Virus record (IMG/VR): IMGVR_UViG_3300031555_005217
Span: 7,047-71,046 of that record
Source: a virus
Lineage: Duplodnaviria; Heunggongvirae; Uroviricota; Caudoviricetes
DNA length: 64,000 nucleotides
Strand: one strand, 5' to 3'
Part shown: positions 42,724 to 51,800 of the stretch, piece after piece
Numbering within the stretch: position 1 is the stretch's first letter
Layout of the letters: every line of letters begins with the position of its first letter
Program-made: the position numbers and the translations under genes
Notes under the pieces: generated by a model
Told to the model about the DNA's origin: nothing
What the model saw: only the letters and a program-made list of their open reading frames with translations
Database searches by the model: none

Positions 42724-43776
42724 ATGGCACAATCACTTGCAGTCAAATATAGACCTAAAACATTTGAAGATACATTATCTCAAGGATCTGTTATTAAAAT
42801 TTTAAGAAGACAATTAGAATTAAAGCAATATACTAATTGTTATTTACTTTCAGGACCTTCAGGCTGTGGTAAAACAACATTAGCTCGTATATTTGGAAAT
42901 GAAATTAATCAAGGAAAAGGCAGTTTAATAGAAATTGATGGAGCTTCTAATAATGGAGTAGATGCTATTAGAACCATAATTGATGAAGCTAAAGAAAGAA
43001 GTATTGATAGTGAATATAAGATATTTATTATTGATGAATGTCATATGATTACTACTCAAGGCTGGAATGCATTCTTAAAATGTATTGAAGAACCTCCTAA
43101 ATATACTATATTTATGTTTTGTACAACAAATCCTGAAAAAGTTCCTGCAACTATTCAAAATAGAGTTATGAGACTTAATTTATCTAAAGTAAATATAAAT
43201 TTAATTAAAGATAGATTGCTTTATATATGTAAAAATGAAGGATTTACTAATTTTAATGAAGCTTGTGAATTTATTTCTAAATTAAGTTCTGGAGGAGTTA
43301 GAGATGCTATTTCTTTATTAGAAAAATGTGCTAATTATTCCACCGATTTAAATATAAATAATGTTTTAGAGTGTTTAGGTAATTTCTCTTATGATTTATT
43401 TTTCGATTTAACAAATGCTTTTGTTGATAGAAATCAAGGAGAGGTTTTAAATATCCTTCAAAGTTTTTATGATTCAGGAAAAGATTTAAAATTATTTGTA
43501 GATCAATATTTAGATTTTATATTAGATTTAAATAAATATTGCATATTTAAAAATATGATAAGCTTAAAAATACCTGCATCTTTAGAGGTGGTCAGATTTT
43601 CTAATGGAGATCCTAATCCAAGATGTGTTAAGTATGTAACTGGTATTGAAAATAATATAAATTATTTTAATATGCTCGTTAAACACATTTTAAATATGAA
43701 GAACATAATTAAGTATGATACTAATATTAAATCTACTATAGAAGCTTTAAGCATTCAAATTTGTGCTGGAATATAG
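42724..43776 (+). CDS. dnaX: Clamp loader DnaX (gamma/tau-like) ATPase
   Basis: LAVKYRPKTF, GPSGCGKTT, EIDGASNNGVDAIR, IIDECHM, LKCIEEPP, TIQNR. Confidence 0.92.
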   Translation: MAQSLAVKYRPKTFEDTLSQGSVIKILRRQLELKQYTNCYLLSGPSGCGKTTLARIFGNEINQGKGSLIEIDGASNNGVDAIRTIIDEAKERSIDSEYKIFIIDECHMITTQGWNAFLKCIEEPPKYTIFMFCTTNPEKVPATIQNRVMRLNLSKVNINLIKDRLLYICKNEGFTNFNEACEFISKLSSGGVRDAISLLEKCANYSTDLNINNVLECLGNFSYDLFFDLTNAFVDRNQGEVLNILQSFYDSGKDLKLFVDQYLDFILDLNKYCIFKNMISLKIPASLEVVRFSNGDPNPRCVKYVTGIENNINYFNMLVKHILNMKNIIKYDTNIKSTIEALSIQICAGI

Positions 43777-43794
43777 AGATAAGGATTTTAATTT

Positions 43795-44622
43795 ATGAAT
43801 AAAATATTAGGACAAGATAATTTATTAAATAAATTAAATAATTATGATTTAAATAACTTTCCTAGATCTTTATTATTAGTAGGAGATAGAGGAAGTGGAA
43901 AACATTTAATATCTAATTATATAAAAGAAAATATTTTAAATCTTCCTTTAATTGATATTACTGAAATAATTTCTTCTGAAGTTATTGATAATATTTATAT
44001 AAATCCAAATCCTTCTATATATTTAATTAATTTGTCTGATATTACAGAAAAAAGTCAAAATATACTATTAAAATTTATAGAAGAACCTTTAAGTAATGCT
44101 TATATTATTTTATTATGTGAATCTAAATTAAATGTTTTAAATACTATTTTAAATAGATGTGTAACTATTGAATTAGAATTATATACTAAAGATATTTTAA
44201 GTAATTTTATTTCAAATAATGAGAATAAGGAACTTATTCTAAATGTATTAAAGACTCCTGGAGATATTATAAATTCAAATTTAAGTAATATTGAAGAATT
44301 ATATGATTTATGTATTAAAATATGTGATAAAATAAATTCAGCTAATATTCTTAATTCATTATCTATATGTGATAAAATAAATTATAAAGATGAATATAGT
44401 AAATTTGACTTAAATTTATTTTTAGATGTTTTAGCATATTCATTAAATAAATACTATAAAGAAACTTTATGTTTAAAATATTTAAATATGTATTTAATAT
44501 TAATTGAAAATAGAAAAAAATTAATTGATAAAAGAATAAATAAAAGACTGTTTATGGAAAGTTTAATTATCAAACTTTGGAAAGGAAGTAGAGATAATGG
44601 ATATAATTCAATTAAAATCTAA
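43795..44622 (+). CDS. holB: Clamp loader delta-prime-like subunit
   Basis: Degenerate Walker A GDRGSGKH, QNILLKFIEEP, VLNTILNRC. Confidence 0.75.
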   Translation: MNKILGQDNLLNKLNNYDLNNFPRSLLLVGDRGSGKHLISNYIKENILNLPLIDITEIISSEVIDNIYINPNPSIYLINLSDITEKSQNILLKFIEEPLSNAYIILLCESKLNVLNTILNRCVTIELELYTKDILSNFISNNENKELILNVLKTPGDIINSNLSNIEELYDLCIKICDKINSANILNSLSICDKINYKDEYSKFDLNLFLDVLAYSLNKYYKETLCLKYLNMYLILIENRKKLIDKRINKRLFMESLIIKLWKGSRDNGYNSIKI

Positions 44623-45487
44623 AATAGAATCTAATTCTTTAGATGATTCTTTACTTATTTTAAAGTATTCTGATAATAAATTTTTATGTGAACATTATAT
44701 AGATAATATATCTAAAAATAAAAATTTAGAAAAAGTATATGTAAATTCTATAACTGATATATTTCAAAATAATTCATTCTTTGAAACTGAAGATAATTAT
44801 TTATATGTTTTAGATGTAGAAAAATTAACTGAATATCCTGATCAAACTTATAAAAATTTAATTATTTTATGTAAAGAATTACCTGATAATTTAACTGTTG
44901 ATTATGTAGAAGTCAATAAATTAATTAATTGGCAAATAGAAGATTATGTTAAAATGAGATTACAAGGTTTGGGAGAACAAGAAGTTGTTTGGTTATGTCA
45001 AATATGTAAATATGATATTTATAGATTAGATCAAGAATGTAAAAAGATAGAAATATTTCCTGTAGGAGCAAGAAATAATATATTTAACATTATAAATTCA
45101 GATAATGGATATTGTGATTTAACAGATAAAAATTTATTTGATTTTACTGATGCTGTTATAAGAAAAGATTTAGAGACTATAAATAATTTAATTCCAGATA
45201 TATTCGTTGTAGATATAGAACCTTTAGGAGCTGTAACAACTTTATTAAAGAAATTTAAACAAATATTAGCAATACAAACAAATTGTAAATCTGCTATAAC
45301 TTCTATGGGAATGAGTGATAAACAAGTTTGGTTTTTAAAGAATAATCAATGTAATATTTATAGTACAGATAAAATTATAGATATTATTGAGTTTTTAACT
45401 GATATAGATTTTAATTTAAAATCAGGTAATTTAGAATTAAGTAAAGAATCTTTTTTAGATTATTTAGTTGTTAATATGCTAAATTAA
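44597..45487 (+). CDS. holA: Clamp loader delta-like subunit
   Basis: LDQECKKIEIF, NLFDFTDAV, EPLGAVTTL, LTDIDFNLKSG; follows dnaX/holB. Confidence 0.7.
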   Translation: MDIIQLKSKIESNSLDDSLLILKYSDNKFLCEHYIDNISKNKNLEKVYVNSITDIFQNNSFFETEDNYLYVLDVEKLTEYPDQTYKNLIILCKELPDNLTVDYVEVNKLINWQIEDYVKMRLQGLGEQEVVWLCQICKYDIYRLDQECKKIEIFPVGARNNIFNIINSDNGYCDLTDKNLFDFTDAVIRKDLETINNLIPDIFVVDIEPLGAVTTLLKKFKQILAIQTNCKSAITSMGMSDKQVWFLKNNQCNIYSTDKIIDIIEFLTDIDFNLKSGNLELSKESFLDYLVVNMLN

Positions 45488-45523
45488 TACTGTATAATAT
45501 ATTTAGAAAGGAAATTGATTTAT

Positions 45524-47383
45524 ATGGCTAAAGTAGATAAAAAAGATAGAATATTAATGATTGTTGAAAGTCCAAATAAAGTAAAGACACTTAAACAAAT
45601 TTTACCTGACAATTATATTATTATGGCTTCTGTAGGTCATATTAGTAAAATAAATGACTCTGGATTATATAATATGGGAATTGATCCAAATAACAATTTC
45701 GAATTTGACTTTGTAATTTCTCCAGATAAAAAAGAAGTTGTTCAAAAATTAAAAGAACAAGTAAAATTATCTGATAAAGTTATATTAGCTAGTGACCCTG
45801 ACCGTGAAGGTGAAGCTATTGCATATCATTTAAAGAATTTCTTAAAAATTCCTGAAAATAAATATGAAAGAATTACTTATCATGAAATAACAAAAAAAGC
45901 TGTTATGGAAGCTTTAAAAAATCCTAGAAAAATAGATGAGAATTTAGTTGGTGCTTCTTTAAATAGAAGTGGAAGAGATAAAATAGTAGGATATAGAGTT
46001 TCAAATATAGCTAGAAATAATGTTAATGCAAGATCTGTAGGAAATTGTCAATCTCCTGGTTTAGGTCTTATTGTAGATTTAGAAGAAGAAATTGAAAATT
46101 TTAAATCTGAAACTTATTTTGATTTATATTTACATTTTTCAAAGAACGATGTTGATTTTAAAGCAAAATATTTTGGAACTAAAGAAAAAGAAATTTCAAG
46201 ATTAAATTCTCTTAATGAGTGTAAAAATATAGTTAATGAATGTAAATTAAATAATTATTCTATTTTAGATATAACAAAAAAAGATAGCTTAGAAAATCCT
46301 AAACCTCCATTTACAACTTCAACATTCCAACAAGAAGTTTCTAAAAGACTTGGAATTAGTGTAAAAGATGCTATGGATTCTGCTCAAAAACTGTTTGAAG
46401 GTATTGATATAGAAGGAGATCATATAGCCTTAATTACATACCATCGTACAGATGATGCAACTTATGCTCCTGAATTTTTACCTGAATTGGAAAATTTTGT
46501 TAAAAATACTTATGGAAATGAATATTATTCTCCTGTTAAGTTTGGCAAAAAAGGTGAAAATGCTCAAGAAGGTCATGAAGGAATAAGATGTATTGATCTT
46601 GAAATGACTCCTGAAAAATTAAGTAATTATATCTCTAATCAAAGACTTTTAAAAATATATGATATTATATATAAACGTACAGTAGCTTCAGCTATGAAAC
46701 CTGCTATTATTGCTAATACTATATATACTATTCAAAATGGAAATCATTTATTTACAATGAATTCTAAAGAATTACGTTTTGAAGGATATAGAAAAGTTTA
46801 TTCTTACAGCTCAAATGATGATTCTAAAGAAGATGCTCAAATAATAAAAGAAACATTTGAAATTAATGAAATATTACAAAATACATTTGAAGAAGCAGTT
46901 GAAAAACATACAAATCCTCCTTCAAGATATACTGAAGCTTCGTTCTTAAAAATATTAGATAAAAAAGGTATAGGACGTCCTTCTACTTATTCAACTATTA
47001 TTTCAACTATATTAGATGAAAAAAGAGGTTATTGTAAATTAGTAGATAAGTATTTAATTCCAACAGATTTAGGAATTAAATTAGTTCATTTCTTAAAGAA
47101 AAATTTCCCTTCTATTGTAGATGTCACATCTAGAGCTTCAATGGAAAAGACTTTAGATTTAATTGCAAAAGGAAAAGTAAATTATATAGATGATTTAAAA
47201 CAATTTTATTCTTCACTTGAGAATGAAATTAAAAAGATTTCTCCTAATGAAGGACAAGAAAAAATTTGTTCTAAATGTGGAAAACCTATGGCAATAAGAA
47301 AAGGTAAATATGGATTATTCTATGGATGTACAGGATATCCTGAATGTAATAATATAGAAAAATTTGGATATAGAAAGGATTAA
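45524..47383 (+). CDS. topA: Type IA DNA topoisomerase with C-terminal Zn ribbon
   Basis: IVESPNK, ASVGH, ASDPDREGEAI, ITYHRTD (catalytic Tyr), AQEGHEGIR, GIGRPSTY, CSKCG...GCTGYPEC. Confidence 0.92.
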   Translation: MAKVDKKDRILMIVESPNKVKTLKQILPDNYIIMASVGHISKINDSGLYNMGIDPNNNFEFDFVISPDKKEVVQKLKEQVKLSDKVILASDPDREGEAIAYHLKNFLKIPENKYERITYHEITKKAVMEALKNPRKIDENLVGASLNRSGRDKIVGYRVSNIARNNVNARSVGNCQSPGLGLIVDLEEEIENFKSETYFDLYLHFSKNDVDFKAKYFGTKEKEISRLNSLNECKNIVNECKLNNYSILDITKKDSLENPKPPFTTSTFQQEVSKRLGISVKDAMDSAQKLFEGIDIEGDHIALITYHRTDDATYAPEFLPELENFVKNTYGNEYYSPVKFGKKGENAQEGHEGIRCIDLEMTPEKLSNYISNQRLLKIYDIIYKRTVASAMKPAIIANTIYTIQNGNHLFTMNSKELRFEGYRKVYSYSSNDDSKEDAQIIKETFEINEILQNTFEEAVEKHTNPPSRYTEASFLKILDKKGIGRPSTYSTIISTILDEKRGYCKLVDKYLIPTDLGIKLVHFLKKNFPSIVDVTSRASMEKTLDLIAKGKVNYIDDLKQFYSSLENEIKKISPNEGQEKICSKCGKPMAIRKGKYGLFYGCTGYPECNNIEKFGYRKD

Positions 47384-47387
47384 TAAT

Positions 47388-47912
47388 ATGATTAAATTTT
47401 ATAAAGTAAGTTATCAACAATTTAAAGAGGATTTCTTAAATAGTGATTATAAGTATTTAAACTTAGAAGAGGAAGATATTAAGTTAATATATGAAAATAT
47501 TAAGTTACCAAAGAGAGCTACAAAAAATTCTGCAGGATATGATTTTTATCTTCCTACTGGAATCAAATTATTAAATAACCAAAGTGTTAAAATTCCAACA
47601 GGAATTAGATGTGAAATGGATCCTGAATCAGTATTAATGTTACTTCCTAGAAGTTCTTTAGGGTTTAAATATAGATTTTCTTTAGATAATACTTGTGGAG
47701 TTATTGATGCTGATTATTTCTCAGCTCTAAATGAAGGTCATATTCAAGCTAAAATCCATTTTTATAATGAAGATAATGAATATATTTACCTTGATGGTGA
47801 AAGTGCGTTTATGCAAGGTATTTTTATGAATTATTTAAAAACAGTAGATGATAATACAAATGAAGAGAGAACTGGTGGATTTGGTTCTACAAATAAAAAA
47901 GGTAATGAATAA
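47388..47912 (+). CDS. dut: Trimeric dUTPase
   Basis: SAGYDF, PTGI, PRSSLG, GVIDADY, RTGGFGST. Confidence 0.92.
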   Translation: MIKFYKVSYQQFKEDFLNSDYKYLNLEEEDIKLIYENIKLPKRATKNSAGYDFYLPTGIKLLNNQSVKIPTGIRCEMDPESVLMLLPRSSLGFKYRFSLDNTCGVIDADYFSALNEGHIQAKIHFYNEDNEYIYLDGESAFMQGIFMNYLKTVDDNTNEERTGGFGSTNKKGNE

Positions 47913-47990
47913 TCATTACCTTTATTTTTTTTTTACTTTAAAATATTATATACTTAAGCAAAGAAAAAAGGAGTTATTAATAACTCCTTT
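47898..47990. terminator. Two facing terminators where plus- and minus-strand units converge
   Basis: AAAGGTAATGA/TCATTACCTTT (47898-47933) and AAAGGAGTTA/TAACTCCTTT (47967-47990). Confidence 0.8.
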
Positions 47991-47997
47991 AATTAAA

Positions 47998-48471
47998 CTA
48001 TTTATTATATTTCCTTAATAAGTTTAAGTCTATTACTTCTTGATTAGACGATCCTCTATATTTAAGTCTTATATCCTTTTTATCAATTTCGAAAGGTCCG
48101 CAAACTGCAACATCTATTGGACTGTTTAATAAAAGTTCCTTTTTCAAATCAAATTCAAATCCTGTCCATAACCATATATCCTTATTAGGATATTTTTCTT
48201 TAACCTTATTACATAATTTTATAACACCATTAACATTATATGGATGTAATGGCTCTCCACCTAATATAGATAAACCTTGATAATGATCTGGTTTTAATAA
48301 ATCAATTATTTTATCAATTGTGGAATCAGTAAACTCTATACCTAAATTAAAATCCCAAGTATCCTCATTAAAACAACCTTTACAGTGAAAATGACATCCT
48401 TGAAAAAATATACTAACTCTAATTCCTGGACCATTTGATATATCCATACATCTTATCTTGTTATATCTCAT
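47998..48471 (-). CDS. nrdG: Anaerobic RNR activating enzyme (radical SAM)
   Basis: DISNGPGIRVSIFFQGCHFHCKGCFN, LGGEP, YRGSSNQ. Confidence 0.93.
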   Translation of the reverse strand: MRYNKIRCMDISNGPGIRVSIFFQGCHFHCKGCFNEDTWDFNLGIEFTDSTIDKIIDLLKPDHYQGLSILGGEPLHPYNVNGVIKLCNKVKEKYPNKDIWLWTGFEFDLKKELLLNSPIDVAVCGPFEIDKKDIRLKYRGSSNQEVIDLNLLRKYNK

Positions 48472-48473
48472 AA

Positions 48474-48710
48474 TTAGTTTCCTTCCTTTTGATTATTGTC
48501 AATTAATTCTAATTCACCTACAGTATAACGATACTTTCGACGGTAATTTCCTCTTCCTTCAACTAAGTAATAAACTTTACAACTCTTTTTAGTTTTATTA
48601 ATAACATAACCTTCAATAATACCTTCACCATCAGTATCCATTCTATTATTATGACTTTTTACATAAACTCTATCGCCAATATTGAATTTAACATCTATTT
48701 TTATTTCCAT
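48474..48710 (-). CDS. Small SH3/YorP-like hypothetical protein
   Basis: KFNIGDRVYV...GIIEG pattern. Confidence 0.55.
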   Translation of the reverse strand: MEIKIDVKFNIGDRVYVKSHNNRMDTDGEGIIEGYVINKTKKSCKVYYLVEGRGNYRRKYRYTVGELELIDNNQKEGN

Positions 48711-48778
48711 ATTTTTTTATGTTACCTTTCCTTAACCTTATATACATATTGTACTACAAAAGATTATAATTATCAACT

Positions 48779-49093
48779 CTATTTTACAATTTTATAACAA
48801 TTTGCCGAACAATCTAACCCAAACACTTTTATTGATCCATCTTCTTTATAACAATCACAATACGCTTCACACCATCCATGACTAAAGTCTAAAACACCAA
48901 CTGTGTACGTATCATCGTCACATAAGAAACTTTTTGCCGTTTTATATGCTTCAGTTTTACTTTCATATAAATTTATTTTACCATATTTTACTAAATCATA
49001 AATAATTTTCTCATAAATATCGTGAATGCTAGGAAAATGTCTATAACAGTAAATAGGTATATAATATTCTTTTCTCTCTAATAATGTTTTCAT
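48779..49093 (-). CDS. Hypothetical protein
   Basis: Track ORF ending TAG. Confidence 0.55.
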   Translation of the reverse strand: MKTLLERKEYYIPIYCYRHFPSIHDIYEKIIYDLVKYGKINLYESKTEAYKTAKSFLCDDDTYTVGVLDFSHGWCEAYCDCYKEDGSIKVFGLDCSANCYKIVK

Positions 49094-49503
49094 ATTTGTT
49101 TACCTTCTAACCATATACTATAGGTATCATGCATTCTATTAGGACGTTTACCATACCAAGTTTCCATTCTGAAGGGCGTAAAAATTTTATGTGCTAAAAA
49201 GTATTCTAATCTAATTAAACTTTCTTCAGTTAAATTATATAGATAACATGATGTCCAAGATCCAAAACTAGAAGGACATAAACCTCCAGAATCATGATTA
49301 ACGAAATGTATAGAACAATCTTGTGCCATTTCGGTTTTTAATCCAAGTCTTTTATAAAAGACATATTCCTTTGCATCATTTGATCTAAAATCAATACAAG
49401 TTATTTCTTCTTCATCTAATTCTAACTTGCTATTTAAAAAATTAAATAATTCTTCTACACAAGGAAATTTATTTAATTTTATATCTTTTCTTAATTTAAG
49501 CAT
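49078..49503 (-). CDS. Hypothetical protein; ends at TGA 49090 (code 11) or TAG 49078 (code 4)
   Basis: AAAGGTGG SD; ATGA overlap with the next gene. Confidence 0.55.
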
Positions 49504-49552
49504 ATAGTGCCCACCTTTCTATAATAATTATACAATAAACCGGTAAAATAAA

Positions 49553-49568
49553 AAGGTCTTTCGACCTT
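49553..49568 (-). terminator. Terminator after NrdD C-terminal part
   Basis: AAGGTC-tttc-GACCTT stem with a T-run on the minus strand. Confidence 0.65.
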
Positions 49569-49573
49569 ATTTA

Positions 49574-50674
49574 TTAAATTTCTTTATTATCTAAATGTAG
49601 TACTCTTTCTTTTATTTCTTGAGTTCTTCCTTTGTTCCAGAAATTACTTCCAATATATCCACAAGTACGACGAGCAACATTTAACTTATCATGTTCCTTA
49701 TTTCCACAATTAGGACAATACCATTCTAAGTTATCATCAATTAAAATTTCACCTTCATAACCACATACTTGACAATAATCACTCTTAGTATTTAATTCAG
49801 CATACATAATGTTATCATAGATAAAATTAATCACTTGTAATACTGCTTCAATATTGTTCTGTAGATTAGGAGTCTCTATATAACTAATTGCGCCACCAGG
49901 ACTTAATGCTTGGAATTCACTCTCTAATTTTAATTTTGTAAATGCATCAATTTCTTCAAATACTGGAACATGATAACTATTAGTAATATAATCTTTATCT
50001 GTAATTCCTTCTATTACACCAAAACGCTTCTTTAAACATTTAGCAAACTTATATGTTGTAGATTCAATAGGCGTACCATATACTGAATAATCAATATTTT
50101 CTGCTTCTTTCCATTCTCTACATTTATCATTAAGATATTGCATAACTTGTAAACCAAATTCCTTGCCTTCTCCTGTATGAGAATGTCCAGTCATATATTT
50201 TACACATTCATATAATCCAGCATATCCTAAAGAAATTGTTGAATATCCATTAAATAATAACTTATTTATTTTTTCACCTTTATCTAATCTAGCTAATGCT
50301 CCATGTTGCCATAAAATAGGAGCCATATCAGAAGGTCTGTTTAATAATCTTTCATGTCTACATCTTAATGCTGTGTGGCAGATATCTAAACGTTGATCTA
50401 ATAATTTCCAGAATTTTTTATAATCACCTTTACTAGATAACGCCACATCAGGTAATGAAATTGTTACAACTCCTTGATTGAATCTTGAATAATATATAGG
50501 TTTATGTTCTATTAAATATATCTTATTATCTATTTTCTCTAAACCAGAGATGATATATATCTTATCATTATTTAATTTTATTTTCTTAGGGACATTAAAT
50601 TCAATAATATTGTTTTTTGGAGTATATCCAGATTTTAATGAGGTTTCCCATAATTTATTAACATCCATTGTCAT
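49574..50674 (-). CDS. nrdD: Class III RNR, C-terminal fragment (NrdD-b) with its own start
   Basis: RFNQGVVTISL, SLGYAGL, YGTPIES, SGGAI-like PGGAISY, CQVCG...CPNCG, RRTCGYIG glycyl-radical loop; AAGGAG SD. Confidence 0.9.
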   Translation of the reverse strand: MTMDVNKLWETSLKSGYTPKNNIIEFNVPKKIKLNNDKIYIISGLEKIDNKIYLIEHKPIYYSRFNQGVVTISLPDVALSSKGDYKKFWKLLDQRLDICHTALRCRHERLLNRPSDMAPILWQHGALARLDKGEKINKLLFNGYSTISLGYAGLYECVKYMTGHSHTGEGKEFGLQVMQYLNDKCREWKEAENIDYSVYGTPIESTTYKFAKCLKKRFGVIEGITDKDYITNSYHVPVFEEIDAFTKLKLESEFQALSPGGAISYIETPNLQNNIEAVLQVINFIYDNIMYAELNTKSDYCQVCGYEGEILIDDNLEWYCPNCGNKEHDKLNVARRTCGYIGSNFWNKGRTQEIKERVLHLDNKEI

Positions 50675-51734
50675 TCTCCTTCTTATATATCTTTAAATTC
50701 TCTTTGACAAATAAATAAAATTCTTTAATTTCTTTTCTATAATTAGCTGAAATATTTGAATTAACTTCCAAATATTTTAATATATTTTTAGTTATTTTTA
50801 CTTTGAATTTATTACTAAAGTTTATATTTAAAAAGTCAATAAAATCAATTCCATTATAGAAAATATTATTATTAAAATCATAAATATATTTAGAGTTTTT
50901 ATTTCTTTGCAATTTATGATATTCCTGTAACTTTTTAGAACGTTCGATTGAATTACTACAACTTCATTTCTTAGGTTCTAAAATGGTACATTCAGTATTT
51001 ATCCTTTTAATCTCATCTTCAAGATTTTCAAAAGTAAATTTATCTCTATTACGAAATAATTCACTTACTTCTTTTAATTTATTATATTTCCTATAAAACT
51101 CAGGTGTATGACCGAATAAGGAATTAAATTCTTTTCGCCACTCTCTACTTTTAATTTTATTACTATTTCTATTATTAATTTTTTTAGATTCTATTGCATT
51201 TTTATTTTTATCATCAGCATATCAAGATTTAAGAGAACTAGATACTTTATTATATATCTCTTCTTTTTTGTCTTCAGACATATTTTTATGATAAGCAATA
51301 CATTTATCTCTAAAAATTTTTAAATTATCTCTATTCTGTAATTTAAGTTTATTTCCTTGACCACCTTTAGAAGCATTTATATGTTTTTGTTCATCAGTTA
51401 ATGTTTGATTTATAAAAGTAAAACTGCCAAATCCGCCATCATTTAAATTCAAACAATTATCACCTAATTCCACTTTTTTACTGTTAACTAATTGTTTTTC
51501 TGCTTCAGCCAAATCATTATAATTACAAAAGAAAGCTAAAATACTTTTCTCTAACCCTTCATTACCATATTTCTTTTTGTAATTTTTTAATATTACACTT
51601 GAACCATAGTAATTATCATCCAGATTATCAGTACAATGCATTCCATAGTAATATTTATTATGTAACGAACTACTATTGTTATTCACCTTTATTTCATATA
51701 AATAGTAATACTTAAAAATTTTAGTTATATTCAT
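50658..51734 (-). CDS. GIY-YIG/Seg-type homing endonuclease (358 aa, 2 TGA)
   Basis: YYLYEI...YYGMH.T...DNYYGS...KKYG...K.IL, NLNDGGFG; track ORFs 51222..51734 and 50658..50912 joined by TGA 51222 and 50964. Confidence 0.85.
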
Positions 51735-51741
51735 GTTATCA

Positions 51742-51776
51742 ACTCCTCAATTAATTTAGTGAATTAATTGAGGAGT
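51742..51776 (-). promoter_or_regulatory. 15-bp perfect hairpin sequestering the endonuclease SD, with a late-promoter-like variant in the loop
   Basis: ACTCCTCAATTAATT-CACTA-AATTAATTGAGGAGT; GAGGAG lies in the 3' arm 8 nt before the ATG; ACTAAATT overlaps the loop. Confidence 0.85.
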
Positions 51777-51800
51777 AAAATAATAATAACTACACCGTGA

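Noticed and set aside
50500-51800. Group I intron in nrdD
   Set aside because: The endonuclease ORF fills nearly the whole gap, NrdD-b has its own SD and ATG, and no convincing P7 (R/S) elements were found; only an AAGATATATATC near-match to S. Not formally excluded without Infernal or RT-PCR.
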